The notes below the pieces were generated by a model, which saw only the letters and a list, made by a program, of their open reading frames with translations, did not search any database and was not told where the DNA came from. Shown piece by piece: positions 26,706 through 40,683 of a stretch of 64,000 bases of DNA. Made by a program: the position numbers and the translations under genes. Source of the DNA: Vicugna vicugna (lineage: Eukaryota); NCBI GenBank assembly GCA_013265495.1, contig MU058463.1, positions 4,114,244-4,178,243 on the forward strand. The letters are read 5' to 3'. Position 1 is the first letter of the stretch. Each line of letters opens with the position of its first letter.

Positions 26706-26989
26706 GTGACCTCCTTACTAAGACGAGTTTTGCCTGAAGTGACCCCTAATCGTCTAGCCAGCATTATAGGAGTGAAATCCCTCCCCCCAGCAGATATCAG
26801 TGATATTATTCACTCAACCGAGAAAGGAGATTGGAATAAGCTAGGTATCCTGGACATGTTTCTAGGATGCATTGCCAAAGCGCTCACAGTACAGCTCAAA
26901 GCCAAAGGAACCACCATCACAGGAACAGCTGGTACCTCCGTGGGCAAAGGAGTTACAACAGTTACCCTTCCGATGATTTTCAATTCCAG
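26706..26989 (+). CDS. MYCBP2: MYCBP2 exon VTSLLR...MIFNS(S)
   Basis: tactag|GTG...TCCAG|gttggt; phase 0-2. Confidence 0.96.
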
Positions 26990-27109
26990 GTTGGTCACTG
27001 CATCTGTTTTAGTACAGAAATAGAACAGAGTGAGCTAGTATTTGGAGAATTAAAACATTTCAAATTTCACCTTGTTTGCTTATTTCCCGGAAATGAAAGC
27101 CATAAGTGA

Positions 27110-27950
27110 CTGACCCATGTATAAAAGAGGATACTGTATATAATAAAAGTGTCTTTTCAAATTAGTGGGGAAAGGAAAGTTGGCTGAATATATAACATTA
27201 GAATAGTTCCCAAGTACAAAAAAAGATTGTATGTCCTCACATCATATACAAAATAAACTTGAGATCAATTAAAGCTTTATTTATATATTATTTAAACTCA
27301 AATAAGACAAATTATAGAAGAATGTTTTTATAATCTTCAATTTGTGAAGACCCTTAAACAAAACACAGAACGTGAAAATAACTCACAGATTTGGCTACAT
27401 AAAAATAGAAATTGATAGACAATACTATTAAAATGTTTTAAAATACAAATAACTGACTTGGGAAAAAATATTGAACACTTATATAGTAGGCAGTGAATTA
27501 TTACTCATAATGTTATAAGAATGACTACAAATCAATGAGAAAAAGACAAAAAACTGATACAAAAACAAATGACAAGAACAGTCAGTTCAGAGAAGAAAAA
27601 TTACAAATGCCAATAAATAAATGAAAAGATACTTCACAGGTAATCAGAGAATTATAGATTAAAACAATAGGAAGATGTCCTTGCATTGGCAGCATTATGA
27701 AGAAATAGGTACTTTTTTATGACCTCTAATGTAAATTGCTGTAACCTTTTGGGATGTCAGTTTGATAACATATCACTGTATTTAAAATGTGCATATCCTT
27801 TGACCTACCAATTCTACTTCTTATAGAACTGTTTCTCTCAAAAATGTTCATACATATGCACAAAGATATATATGCAGGGATGTTTGTTACAGAATTGTGT
27901 ATAACAGCAGAAAATTGGAGACGTCTGGAATGATGCTAGGAAAAGAGCCA
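27110..27950 (+). mobile_element. Old L1 ORF2 3' fragment (sense, degraded)
   Basis: A-rich; cctttgacctaccaattctacttc and gcagggatgtttgttacagaattgt resemble the L1 ORF2 end. Confidence 0.65.
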
Positions 27951-28418
27951 ATTCATAACATTAAGCAGATAGCACCAGAATGTAAATAAGTGTATCCCTT
28001 TATTCATCTGGATAGTCTCGCTCAGGGGGAAAAAATGCCAGCTGAACTAAACAGTAGTATGCTCAGCGATGTAATTGGCATACTCCGGTACAAGCTCTTT
28101 ATTATCTTTATGTGGACTGGTAACAAATAGTCTGTGGTCTCTGGATATAATTCGAATAGCACTGTCCTAGAAGATGTATACAAAAGTAATATATATACAG
28201 TGAAATATTTGAAAGGGAACATATATCGATAGTTACCCTCTTGGGGTTGAAGAGATAGATTATGAGTAATGCATGTTTTGATTTATTGTCTTTTAAAAAA
28301 TGCCCTGACTTACTGAGTCATTTTAAAAATTAAAATGTGCATGCTGAAATAACAGTTTTCGTCTCATTCATTTGTAACTGTCACTGATTAGCTTGCAAAT
28401 GCTGACTTTTGTTTGTAG

Positions 28419-28515
28419 TTATATTCGACGAGGTGAAAGTCATTGGTGGATGAAGGGCTCAACTCCTACCCAGATCTCAGAGATCATCATTAAACTTATT
28501 AAGGATATGGCAGCA
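28419..28515 (+). CDS. MYCBP2: MYCBP2 exon YIRRGE...KDMAA
   Basis: ttgtag|TTAT...GCA|gtaagt; phase 2-0. Confidence 0.95.
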
Positions 28516-29815
28516 GTAAGTTCCCATCCCCCTGGTCATTATGTCAGTGAATTGCTGTAGAAACCTGATTAACAAAAAAGTAGCTTTTTCTACTGAATTG
28601 ATAGAAGAACATTCTTACTATTTGCTTTACTTACAGGCTCTCTTCATAGGTTCACTGTCGCACCATTTGTCTTCAGTTGGTGATAAATTTGCCCATTGTG
28701 TAAACTGTGTTCATTTCAAGCTTCCCAATTCATTTACTTGAGAATTAGTACATAAGTCTTCCAAGACTTTAAAACTTAAAAAATAAACCATACTGTCTGA
28801 ACCCTAAAAAACAGTCTGAGTCCAAGAGCCTAAAGGAAAAAAGGGGCTCTTCAAAGTGATGGTTTCTCATGATCTTTGGTTCTCACGGTTTATCATCGTC
28901 CTATGCTGCTGTCTTCAGATACTTTGCGGGGAGGTCTGGGAGCATGGAGGAAAGAGAATTGCTTCTCAGAATGCCAGGTTCTTACTGGTTGCTCCACGTT
29001 AGTTTCCTCACATACCGTTATATTTCCAGGAGTCCAGCCTGAAGAGGGCAGGACACTGCTGTGGATGCTATGTCCTGAGAGGAAGGGTAGACAGAAGGCA
29101 TTTTGGAGGAGGAGAAATTTGAATTTGAACTGTCCCTGTAAAGACTGACAGCATGTGGATGTGAGACGAGGAAGGATAGTCTGGGGAAATGTGAAAATCT
29201 GTCACTTTTCCCAACAGCATGGACATTTCCTACGTCAGAGAAATGGAGAACTTTTTCAGTTCTCAAATAGACTTTCCCAGTATGTTCATTGGATGGAAAT
29301 ATTTAGGAAAGATGTTTGGGAACACCTAAATTCTATAGCAGTTAACATATTCGTGTTTGGTGAAAAACCAAGTTAGCAAATTAAAGTGGTGGTAATTGGA
29401 ACCCATTTGTGCTCTTGGGTTCCAGTAACAATCATCTAAAGCAATTAGCTTAGCTGTATGAATTTCATGTTAAATAGCAAAGTTTCATAATCAAGATTTC
29501 TCAATCATAGACACCTTAGTATTTCTGAAATGTTTTTATCTAAATGTAAGAAAAAATGCCCTTGAACTCTGTAGGGAAAGAGTGTTGAGAATCTAAATTT
29601 TTATTTCCTTTTCTTTTGAATCATCAAAATAGTGAATAGAAGTTGAATTTTTTGCATGGTTGTGAAGGATATTTATTTTAAAGTATGCTCATTTATCTAA
29701 AACCCCACTAGCAAATAAATCTTTCCTTTTTGGAGAGAGATGTTAAAAGAACAGAATTTGCTGCTTTGATTATACATTCTGGTTGCTTATTAAAGTATTG
29801 TGTCCTGCTCATCAG

Positions 29816-29935
29816 GGTCATCTGTCAGAAGCATGGTCCCGAGTGACAAAAAATGCCATAGCAGAAACCATCATTGCCTTGACCAAGATGGAGGAAGAAT
29901 TTAGATCTCCAGTGAGATGTATCGCAACAACTAGG
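29816..29935 (+). CDS. MYCBP2: MYCBP2 exon GHLSEA...IATTR
   Basis: catcag|GGT...AGG|gtaggt; 120 nt. Confidence 0.96.
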
Positions 29936-31445
29936 GTAGGTTTCTTTTCATTTGGTCTATATCATTGCATGTTCTTTTTCAGTACTAGGTTTGAACAAAT
30001 AATTAGCCAGTTTAATCTCCTTTTCTTTTCTCACCAAATATTGTATTTATTGAAAAAGTATGAAGGGCTTTTTTAAATTGTGAACCAAGCATGGTGTTAT
30101 TAATATTCACTGTTGTATGTTCTTCATCACTTGTTTCGGTTATTATTTAGGAAGCTAAGGTTAGAAAAGGCTAAATTATCTATATCGGTGTACTGTCTCT
30201 CTGATGATGTATTTACTGTTAGTTTTAGTGTCAGCGTGAAACTGCGATAGACTGAAGATCCTCCAAAGACAAGGCCGCTACCTGCTCCGTTCGGAGTGGC
30301 TCACTTGTCCTAACAGAGCCCCGTGGCCTACTTACTGCATGTGTGGGCCTTACCTAAGCAGAAAGTGTGTGCCTAGGGCGGGGCAGGGCAGAATCTCCTA
30401 GAGAGTGAGACTGCATTCTTCAGATGAGACATCTATTGTAAATTTTAACCTGCCAAATTTCTTGTCCCATATACTTCCAAAAGAGATTTGAGATTTCCTT
30501 GAAGCAGAACAGTGTGAAGCATTAGGAAGAAGTAAAGGCTGGTAGAAATTGCTTAAGTTAATCCTCAAAAGTTTGAAAAAGAAGATAAATTGTGTCTCCC
30601 TTGGACAGAAAAAGCTAGTTAATGCCATGTTGCCAGTGAGTGTGACGTCTGACAGTGACCCTTCCCTACCCCACACGCATTCATTCCTTCATTCGCTCTC
30701 CCCTTTCTCCTCTCATACTTCAGTTTTCTTTTTTGGTACCTCTTTCCCTCTTTCCCCCCCTCTTACTCTTCACATCTAGTGACACATGCACTTTTCAGAG
30801 CTGAGACAGTTAAGTAATTTTCTGTTGTTCAGTAATGAAGAAATATATCATTCTATGGAAAAATGAGGCTTACCCTTTAAACCTCAGAGAGTTTTAAACT
30901 ATTTTTAAGGACAGTTTTCTGAAGCTTGTAAGACATTTACTTTTTTCTGAACGAGTGTACCAAGCATAGTGCTAGGCCTTTAGGGGCATGCAGAGACTTC
31001 TGGGGAACTGTTACTACCCAGCTCCTCATGGGACTGCAAAATTAAACAGCTCCAGTCCTTGGAATCTAATGCCTCAGGCAGATGATACTAGATGGAAAAA
31101 TGTGTAGAAGGCATCGGTATATTAAATATGAAAATTTATGTATTGCTATGTTGTTTACATAGTAGACCAACAAAAGATAATTTTATGTGTCAGGTAGACA
31201 ACAGAATGGTTCATCAGAGCAGCAGTTATTTATTCAGTACATATTTGCATACCTACTATGTGCCTGGCACACACAGCAGTGGGCGTGTATGCCTGGTGCC
31301 CCATCAGGAACACTTGAGTGCCACTGGATATGTACACTTTTTCCAGTCCAGCGAGCATTTACTGAGCTATGGTCATGTGTCAGGCAGGCAGTGTTTTGTG
31401 TCATAACCAAAAACTCAGTAGCGTAACAGCCTTTCCCTTCGACAG

Positions 31446-31547
31446 CTCTGGCTTGCTCTGGCATCACTGTGCGTTCTTGACCAGGACCACGTAGATCGCC
31501 TCTCCTCGGGGAGATGGATGGGGAAGGATGGGCAACAAAAACAAATG
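31446..31547 (+). CDS. MYCBP2: MYCBP2 exon LWLALA...QQKQM
   Basis: cgacag|CTC...ATG|gtaagc; 102 nt. Confidence 0.96.
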
Positions 31548-32314
31548 GTAAGCTCAGAAGTCAAAATACACAGTTAGTGGAACTCCTGAAAAATTGTGTC
31601 ACACTGCCCAAGATCCTCTCACAAGTCTTTTTCACCTAGGGTCCCCTTTCATAGTACATTAGGGGATTTAATTACATAAAAAACATTTCCCACCTGACTA
31701 CAACTCAATTAAAAGAATGTTTTAAAAAAAGAATCTTTTCCCTTCTTCTCTGAGTCATGTTTGCATCATAGCAAAATTTGACTTCAGCCAGACTCTGATT
31801 CTAGATCAAGATTTTGTACTAAATGTGATCAGTCCTACGATAAGAAGGAAATAAAGCAGTAAGAGAGCAGCGTGATGTACCACTTGCACACAGATGCACC
31901 TGAAGTGGGTTTGATAAGTATCCGTAGGTTCACTGGAAGGGAGAACTTTTACATAGGCCCTTTCAATATTTTCGTATTAACATTCAAGTTTCAAAAATGA
32001 ATTATTTATTTACTCACTTAGCATACAGAATGTTTGACTATAATGGGAGAAATTTTCTCAAGTCTCTAAGAAAAGTATACATGTTTATTTTATTAATCAT
32101 TGAATCCACACAGCACATTAGCTACTGAATTGGGGATTTTGAGGCTTTTTTATAGTAAGTGCATTTGCCATAACTGTTTAATGTTCAGACTCTAAATTTC
32201 TTAATTGAGTTTTGAATAACAGTCTGTTCCTGTTGTAAATAAATTACAGTCAACTTGTATGCGTATTTAAGAGTTTCTCATTAATCCATGGTCACGTATG
32301 GAAATGTCTTGTAG

Positions 32315-32443
32315 CCTATGTGTGATAACCATGACGACGGTGAAACTGCAGCAATCATCTTGTGCAACGTGTGTGGGAACTTATGTACTGACTGTGACAG
32401 ATTCCTTCATCTTCATCGGCGAACCAAAACTCATCAAAGACAG
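32315..32443 (+). CDS. MYCBP2: MYCBP2 exon PMCDNHDDG...THQRQ (B-box-like zinc finger)
   Basis: ttgtag|CCT...CAG|gtgaag; CxxH/CxxC/CxxC/H-H ligands. Confidence 0.96.
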
Positions 32444-32814
32444 GTGAAGATTTCTGTATTTACACACAGAACGGCATCTGGGACATAAAATATATTCAGT
32501 AAATTTTGCAATAAATGTGGGAAAGAGACTTGGTGTGATGGGAAAAAACAGACTTTGATCAGAGACCTGAGTGGGGTTCCCAACAGCCTCATTTACCAAC
32601 TGTGTAAATCAAACAAGTTGTTTAACTTCTGAGACTCGGTCTCCACACTTACAAAAGTAGGGCTGTTGTGAAGATTAAAGAGATTGGAAATACCTGAAAC
32701 TTCATAGAGTGCTTAGTAAATAAAAGGCTGTTTTCATTATTGAATAATTGAATTTTATACTTCCTCTTTCAGGGCGATAAATACATTTTTTCCTTTTCTT
32801 TAATGACACAATAG

Positions 32815-32947
32815 GTCTTCAAAGAAGAAGAAGAAGCTATTAAGGTTGACCTTCATGAAGGCTGTGGTAGAACCAAATTGTTCTGGCTGATGGCGCTAGC
32901 AGATTCTAAAACAATGAAGGCAATGGTGGAGTTCCGAGAACACACAG
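32815..32947 (+). CDS. MYCBP2: MYCBP2 exon VFKEEE...FREHT(G)
   Basis: caatag|GTC...ACAG|gtataa; phase 0-1. Confidence 0.96.
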
Positions 32948-34247
32948 GTATAAGAGGATTTAAGATTGAACCACGCTGTAAATAAAAGATTGAACCATCC
33001 CTACCAATTACTATTAAACTGGATGTTAGTTTATTTAATGTGAATAATTTTGAGTGTATTCTAAGTGCTTATGACGTTATTGCTCACCCTCTATATTTTT
33101 GTATTTAGTAGACAATAGTCAGTGTTCTATGGCAAACCATTTAGACTAAAAGTCAGGAAAGCTGGTTTGCTTCTAACTAGCTACATGACCTTGGGCAAGT
33201 CATTTTATCTTTAAAACATTTTGATTTTTTTCCTAAAGTCTAGTGTATTGCCAGCTTCAGGGTACATTGAATCTAAAAAATTCTCAATTTTCAGCACCTC
33301 TATAGTCTGCCATTTGTCTGAATGACACAAATTTCTGATTTTAGAGTTAGGTGTAAACCTGACAAATTTTTAACTCTAAATATGAGTAACTTTTCATGCT
33401 GTAAGGGCATGGTCTTTCTTTCTCTCACAGTTGATTTTTTTTCGCCTATAATCCCTCCATGCCACTTATTACATGAGTAAGTGTTCTAATGTTTGAACCA
33501 TCATTGTATTCATAACATAAACTAGCCTTTAAAAAAAACATTTTCTGTAGTAAATATTGCTAAATTCAGTTATTTAAATTTTTTGTATCTGTTTAAAAAT
33601 GACCTTGGTCTGTGTTTTTCAGATCTTGTTCTTTTTCCTTTTAGTCTGTCTTTGTTTTATGGATTCTGTTCCTTATTTGACTATTTTAAACATATTTAAT
33701 TTCCTTTTCAAATTGTTCTATTATCTTTAGTTCCTTGGGTGAGAATTCTTCTGTTTTTCACTTTACATATTCTCTGATGATAGGTTGCTTTTCTCCTCTG
33801 CCTTGTAATATTATCATTGTGGAAAGGTACTTAGTGATTTCCCTTTCTTCTGCGTATTTCCATTTAGTTTCTGTTGTTATATTTTGTCTGATTCCGTGCT
33901 TTTGTAGTGAGGGGCTTACCTAGCTGCTCGACCTACTGTCTTGACTAGAAGCCTGGTCTGTTTCTATTTACTGAAAAAGTGTAAGTAAATCAGTTAATAA
34001 TTTATTTGGCTTCAGGTAGCTCTTTGGTTTCTTATCCTTTGGTGTGTGTGTGTGATTATTTACTTTGTAATTAGGGCAGCTTACAACCTTCCAGCTGTAA
34101 AACTGCCAGGCTGATTTCTCAGAAATAGCAACTGACAGAAACCTGTTTTGCTTGGTTGTTTGTTTTTTTTTTTTTCCAATTAGCTATATTGAAATAGGTA
34201 GAAAACATATCCTTGGGGATGATTTTTCTTCTTCTGCTTGAACCTAG

Positions 34248-34351
34248 GCAAACCCACCACAAGTAGCTCGGAAGCATGCCGTTTCTGTGGTTCCAGGAGT
34301 GGCACCGAATTATCCGCTGTTGGCAGTGTTTGTTCCGATGCAGATTGCCAG
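34248..34351 (+). CDS. MYCBP2: MYCBP2 exon KPTTSS...DADCQ
   Basis: acctag|GC...CAG|gtgcgt; phase 1-0. Confidence 0.95.
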
Positions 34352-35078
34352 GTGCGTGTAGATGAAGCCCTCACAGTAAGCATGTGTTCCCTCATGACAC
34401 GCTAATGTCATATAAATTAGAGTTTGAGCGCAGCATCACTTTTGTTTTCTAAATTAGTGTATTGCCCTTGTGAAGAGTGAAATGCTTTAATCAAAGCTGG
34501 AGAATGGATCAGATAAGGCTCTCAGGTTAAAATCAGTAGACTGCATTTGCTTTGCCTCTTACATATTTTATTCACTTGTTTCCCTAAAATAAACTTCCAG
34601 TATCTGAAAGTTCTTTAGTCCTGAACATCTGTACACATTCCATGCTATCCAAATATGTTTGATTCTTTAATTTATTTGACAGGAATTGGGATAGTGTTCA
34701 GACAGTGAAAGATAGCTATATATATTTTTTTCAATCCTCGTTTTGGTGAGGGGTAGGTGGTAATGGGATGATTATATGTCAGGAATTTTTTTTTGCTTTG
34801 TGGCTATCCATGATAACATATAGATTGAAACTGCATTTCACTTTTTAATCAGCATTCCCTTTATGTGGAATGAAATTTTTTGAATCACTTTAAAGAGAAA
34901 TAGACTTTGTTAATAATTCTAAGTTATATACAAAAAAGAATAAAAATAACAATTTTATTTCACCACAACATGTTTCCTATGGGAAAAATATCTTGGAAAA
35001 TTAATATAATGGATATAATTACCAGGATGTGTGACTTTTTTTGATATTTTCTGTGCCGTTGTAATCCATCCTTCACAG

Positions 35079-35267
35079 GAGTATGCTAAGATCGCCTGTA
35101 GTAAGACGCATCCTTGTGGCCATCCATGTGGAGGCGTTAAGAACGAAGAGCACTGTCTGCCCTGCCTACATGGCTGTGATAAAAGTGCCACGGCCCTGAA
35201 GCAGGATGCCGACGACATGTGCATGATCTGCTTCACCGAAGCGCTCTCGGCAGCACCAGCCATTCAG
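35079..35267 (+). CDS. MYCBP2: MYCBP2 exon EYAKIAC...CMICF...APAIQ (start of RING)
   Basis: tcacag|GAG...CAG|gttgtc; 189 nt. Confidence 0.96.
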
Positions 35268-36066
35268 GTTGTCTCCGCTTTTAAAGTGTTAAGTGTGTCG
35301 AGGTTTCTAAACAGGAAATATAAATATACTTGTCAAATAAACAGATGATTGGATCTTTCTTATACCATTGGGAGAAAATGTCCCACTAATATCCACCAGT
35401 GTATTAAAGAGCAGATTCTGTCTCTGCATGTTCTGTCTCCATCCTGTATGCTGAGCTTTAATTCATGACTTGTGTGAGCCTGTATAATCAGCAGAATGTA
35501 TGAAATGTTCATAAGGGAGAAAATAGTAATTCGATTATCCGGTAGTTTCTCCCTTCTTAACTTCCAAAATCCGGCATGGTATTCTGTAGCGTTATGTAAC
35601 TGATCTCTGCATTATGATATATATCCCTGTATCCATAATGTGTATTAGTAAATTATAGAAGTTATAATTTGCTAAATACATTTTTGAACATTTACTACTT
35701 GTTTATATTTTCAGTTCGACTTCAAGATAATGAATATTCTCAAAAACAAATCTTATATCTTTAAATCAGTAATTTCCTCTTCTTTCTGTGAGAGACAGTA
35801 TTAAGTAATTTTACATTTCTCCCGAACCCAGCTCACACTCTGTAAGGTGGCATTAACATACGAATGGTAAAAAATTGGGAGAAGCTGAAGACCTAGTTCC
35901 TTATGTCCCGTGACTGGTAGAGAAGTGCTGAAATGTCATTGTACTAAATTTCTAGATTTTTCTCATACCTGCCTTACGTAGTACTTCCTGCATTAATAAT
36001 CTGCCAGTTACCCAACTGTTTATTCTTATTACATTTGCTTACATTCTTCTGTTTTCTTCACTTAAG

Positions 36067-36174
36067 CTGGACTGTAGTCACGTATTCCACTTACAGTGCT
36101 GTCGACGAGTCTTGGAAAACAGATGGCTTGGTCCAAGGATAACATTTGGATTTATATCTTGTCCCATTTGCAAG
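36067..36174 (+). CDS. MYCBP2: MYCBP2 exon LDCSHVFH...SCPICK (RING-H2 core)
   Basis: cttaag|CTG...AAG|gtatgg; C-x-H-x2-H-x2-C...CPIC. Confidence 0.97.
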
Positions 36175-37282
36175 GTATGGAAAGAATCAGAAATTATCTA
36201 CTTTCTATTTATTTTCGTCTTTATCTTTCATCTTTCAGAATAAACGTATCAGCATCTCTCGGTGTCCTTTTCAGTCTGCTTTTTACCACCAACCCTCAGT
36301 TTCTGCTCTCTTCATCCAGGTGGTACCTGAGAATATGATAAGATCTCTCTATTATAATGCATTTTCAAAACAGTAATTGTCCATTACAAGCTGATTAAAT
36401 TATACTAGTGCATCAGAAAGTTCATTCAACTATCACCATGCATTGAAAGGCACACATCACTACTTCCAGACCCTTCGGGAGTTCAGACCATGTGGCATGT
36501 CAGTGGATGACTACCAAAAAGAATAATGAGCCTGTGTTGCTGGTAGATGTGGTACCAGCCATGAAAGAGTGAAACCTGAATTTTAAATACCATTACGACA
36601 GATTCTTTTAGAGCTTAGGTAAAATAAGGATAAAATTCTTGACATTTTGACACATTTCTACAAAGATAGTAAGCAAAGTAGCAAGTTGTTTTGGCAAGCT
36701 AATAATGTTTAACAAAAAGCTTTTGTTTAAGAATGGCTTTGCAGACTGGTGTATAAGGTATAACATGGAAATACTTAGCACAATACTTGCTTAGGCTGCA
36801 CAGTGTTCAAGAAGATTGTGGTATTTTCTCTCCCTTCTCATTTGGTGTCACAAAGAAAAGCCACATTTAGGAAATGGTACGTGAAAGCGGTTACGGCTTG
36901 TTCATTTCTATTACCTGACATTCCGCCTACTCCTAAGGAACCAACACACACACATACACATACACACACAAACACACAGATATTTTTAGTAGCAAGGTAA
37001 CATTTTATTCCCAGAACACCTAAGGCAGCAGGAGATATATATTTCATACTTAGGGGCATAAAGCAAATACAATGGAATTTTCACATTCTGTGCCCCACTG
37101 GCCCCCACTTTCCCTGCTCTTGGGAAAATATAAGCTTGTGAGGACTTTACAAGATTATTTTTGAATGGCTTTTTATTTAGAAAATGTTTGGTTAGCACAG
37201 TGCTTGGGACTTTGGTCACACTGTTTATTGAATTAATAAATCAATGGTTCTGTTAAAGAATGTTCTTTTTCTTTAATTTCAG

Positions 37283-37492
37283 AACAAAATTAATCATATA
37301 GTGTTAAAGGACCTGCTTGATCCAATAAAAGAACTCTATGAGGATGTCAGAAGAAAAGCTCTAATGAGATTGGAATATGAAGGTCTGCATAAGAGTGAAG
37401 CTATCACAACTCCTGGTGTGAGATTTTATAACGACCCCGCTGGCTATGCCATGAATAGATACGCATATTATGTCTGCTACAAATGCAGAAAG
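37283..37492 (+). CDS. MYCBP2: MYCBP2 exon NKINHI...CYKCRK
   Basis: tttcag|AAC...AAG|gtatgc; 210 nt. Confidence 0.96.
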
Positions 37493-37704
37493 GTATGCTG
37501 TTAATCATAACACGAAATTTTAAGACTTAGAGATTACCGGTGTAAGTTGAATTATTCTAGTCTTAAGTCTAAAGTTAAAAATACAAAAGTTTGGTACTAT
37601 GTTTCATATAGAATTTATTGACTTAATTTGTTTAGGGATTTTTTTTAACATATACAAAGTGTTCCCAAAACATGAAATATTTCTGTACACAATCTATTTC
37701 CCGT

Positions 37705-39412
37705 CAGTAATAACCTCTTGTTTGCCAAATCCAGTTGGTTCTTAAATAAACTTCTCTTGTTTGACTCTTTTGACCATTCCCTCCTTAAAATTCTTATGCC
37801 CTTGGCTTCTAGGACAAGACTCTCTTTGGTATCTTTCTTGCTTTCTGGTCATTTGTCTTTAACTCCCTCACGGAGTTCCGTTTCATTCACCTACTCCTTA
37901 CATATTTGTTCCCCGGCCCTCCGTTCTTGCCTCATGGTTCCTCCTTCCCTCGGGCGACCTCCTGTCCGCTCTTGCCTCCCCTACCACCTGTGTTGTTCTG
38001 ACCCTCCAGTATTTCTGAGATTGAGAAACAAATATCCGACTGCCTGCCAGACATTTGAATTTATCACAAATACTTCCAAGTCTACATGCCCATTATTGAT
38101 TACATTTATCGACTTCGACTCACTATCCAGTCTGTTTTAGCAAAGTCCTATTAATTCTGCCTCCAAATCTCTTCTGAGTTCTTTTTTCCTTTCTATTACA
38201 TCTTCAGCAACCCTAATCATTTGCTTTGGTAGTTACAGTGGTCTTCTTCCTGAACTCCTTGTGTGGAGCCCTAACCCCTCCCTTTCATGCTTTACACAGA
38301 CACTTAGAGTTTTACCCGGAGATTAATATTTTTAGATCTCAGATCTGATTGTCATTGTTGTGCTGAAGCCCATTCCCCTCTCAAGTCTCATCTCCCGATG
38401 TGCTGCCATTTGTGCCCTGTGCAACGAAACTGAGCAGCTTGCAGTTCCCCAGACCAGGCCATGTTTGCTCACTTGCCACACCCCCACACCAGCACGTGGG
38501 CTCCTCTCTTCGTGGAATGCTCTTCTCTGCCTCCTACTCTGCATCTGGCTCTCACCTGCCACCCACCCACACGCTCTTAGGCGTAGCCAGGTCTGTCTGG
38601 TCGCACTTCTGGACTCCACTCAGGTCCCCCCACCCTGCAGTGTGCCTGCGCTGTTGCGGAAAAATGTGTTACAGCTCGGTGTTACAGCTCAGTTGTGACA
38701 GCAACCTGGATCTGAGCAAGAGGCCAAGCAGCACTCGGAGAGTTAGAGAACTCAGGTTTATTATGCCAGCGGGCCCAGAGGAGTTAACAATTCAAGCTCT
38801 GAACCCCACCTGTAGGTTTACACAGGCCTTTTATAGGCTGCCAGTTTTACACTTTGCAACATCATATTCAAATAAAGTACAACAGAAGTTAACCAACCAG
38901 GAACAAGCTTTGTAGAAATAGACTAATCAGGAGTGAGCTCCATGCAAGGAAGTACTACAAATGGACCAATCAGCAGTTAGGGAAATGGACCAATCACAAG
39001 TGAGAGTAATAATCAGGAGTGAAGGAAATAACCAATCAGAAGTGAGTTCAGGGAACCAATAGAATTCTAGATGTAAGTTAGCCGCTTTAGAGGCAAAAAG
39101 TGAGAGACAGCCTCTGGGCCACGGAACTGGTCGGTGCTGGGAGGAGAGCAGTGGCCCTGCCTAGGGGTCCTGCAGGTCTTTTTATGGGGCTTCCTGCCTC
39201 AGCCTCCCTGCCACCACCATACCACACCATTTGGACGTCTTGCATACATCATCATAGCACTCGTTGCTCTGCGTCACAGTAACTGGTTCTCTTGTCTCTC
39301 TGTCCCAGTTGGTAAGTTCCGTGAGGACAAAGACTGTTTTTTCACTACTCTCTCTCCAGTACTTGGCATTTATTAGACACTAAGCTAATTAGGGAATGAA
39401 TAAATGAATGAA
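37705..39412 (+). mobile_element. LINE-2 remnant interrupted by an LTR
   Basis: Pyrimidine-rich L2-like body ending in gaatgaataaatgaatgaa. Confidence 0.65.
38652..39201 (-). mobile_element. ERV solo LTR (ERV1-like), antisense to MYCBP2
   Basis: Minus strand reads TGAGGCAGGAAG...TTCCGCAACA; TATAAAA at ~38829-38835 and AATAAA at 38757-38762 on minus strand; TSD not clean. Confidence 0.7.
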
Positions 39413-40575
39413 GGAATCAATATATGAAAGATGCATAGTATCCCAAAGTAACAAAAAGAAAATGCAGATAACGAATGAAAGGCTGAGGAGGTAGATGATA
39501 GCCAGAAAAGCAGACAGGTCCACACACCCAGGGAAAGCCCTTCAGTGTACATCTGTGAATCGTGTACTGTTAGAAATAGTAAAATATTACTTCTGTGCGT
39601 CGGACGTACTAAACATCATCAGTGAACATCATGCTACCACACTGGGTGTCAATCAAAGGTCCAGAAAGGCAAGCAGAGAATCTGGAAAAGTGAAAGAGCT
39701 GGAATAGGCCAGGACACATGAAATACTTCTGAGGCCTGATTTAGCTGGTAGATGACTGTTTGTAACCTCTGTATTAATAAAGCCTGTCTTTTGGCCTGTT
39801 TTTCAAGTACAGATAAAAGATTTATATTGAATCATCTTACTTATTCCCAATTATGGACATAGTTTTTTGACTATGAGACATACTGTGTTTGCAGATTGCA
39901 CCAGTTAGAATTGGCCTAAATAATTTTGTGCCCAGGGCAAATGCAAATAAATCATTGTGATAATTTCATTTATTCAAGTATCTGTATTGGATACTGTTGA
40001 GTTCCTGCATATAATGTAGTTTTATAAGTATGAGCAGTATTCTGAACAGAATTATCAAATTTGCCTTTCCTTTTAAAAAATTTTTAGATGATCAAAATGG
40101 ATTTTTTTCTTTCCCATTACCCTCAGGATTATAATTTTATACCAAAGTTTATTTTAGGCATATTTTTAAAGCAGCAGAAGGGAATATGTTATTTAATATT
40201 TCAAAATGAGGAAAACTATTCAAACTTTTTACCCTGAAAAAGCATAGTTTCTCTTTACCATTTAATATCCTATTCTTGATATTTATTTGGAATATTATAC
40301 ATTCTTTGATCTTTTTCTTTGACGGTAAGTACAGTGTTTGAACTTACTATGGTGAGCGAGAATCCATTCATGCTTTATTCATGAAGTAGCTTCATTTCTT
40401 ACCCTGCTGTGCCCTGTGGGCAGTAGCGTGGACACCCACTTGCCATTGCAAGGGACCGTTTAAGAGGCAGTAGTGCTTCCGAAGACCTCTCAAGCTCGCA
40501 TCTGCTGCACCCATGCTGCACCGCCCACGCAGTGTTTCCTGTTCCTGCTGTTATCTGACTGTGTTCTCTCCCTAG

Positions 40576-40683
40576 GCGTATTTTGGGGGCGAAGCTCGCT
40601 GCGATGCTGAGGCTGGACAAGGGGATGATTATGATCCCAGGGAGCTCATTTGTGGGGCCTGTTCTGATGTGTCCAGGGCTCAG
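40576..40683 (+). CDS. MYCBP2: MYCBP2 exon AYFGGEARC...VSRAQ (upstream catalytic Cys of tandem-cysteine domain)
   Basis: ccctag|GCG...CAG|gtgggc; TGC at 40600-40602. Confidence 0.96.

Noticed and set aside
32962..32997. 12-bp direct repeat AAGATTGAACCA twice
   Set aside because: Likely a local slippage duplication; only two copies and no array structure
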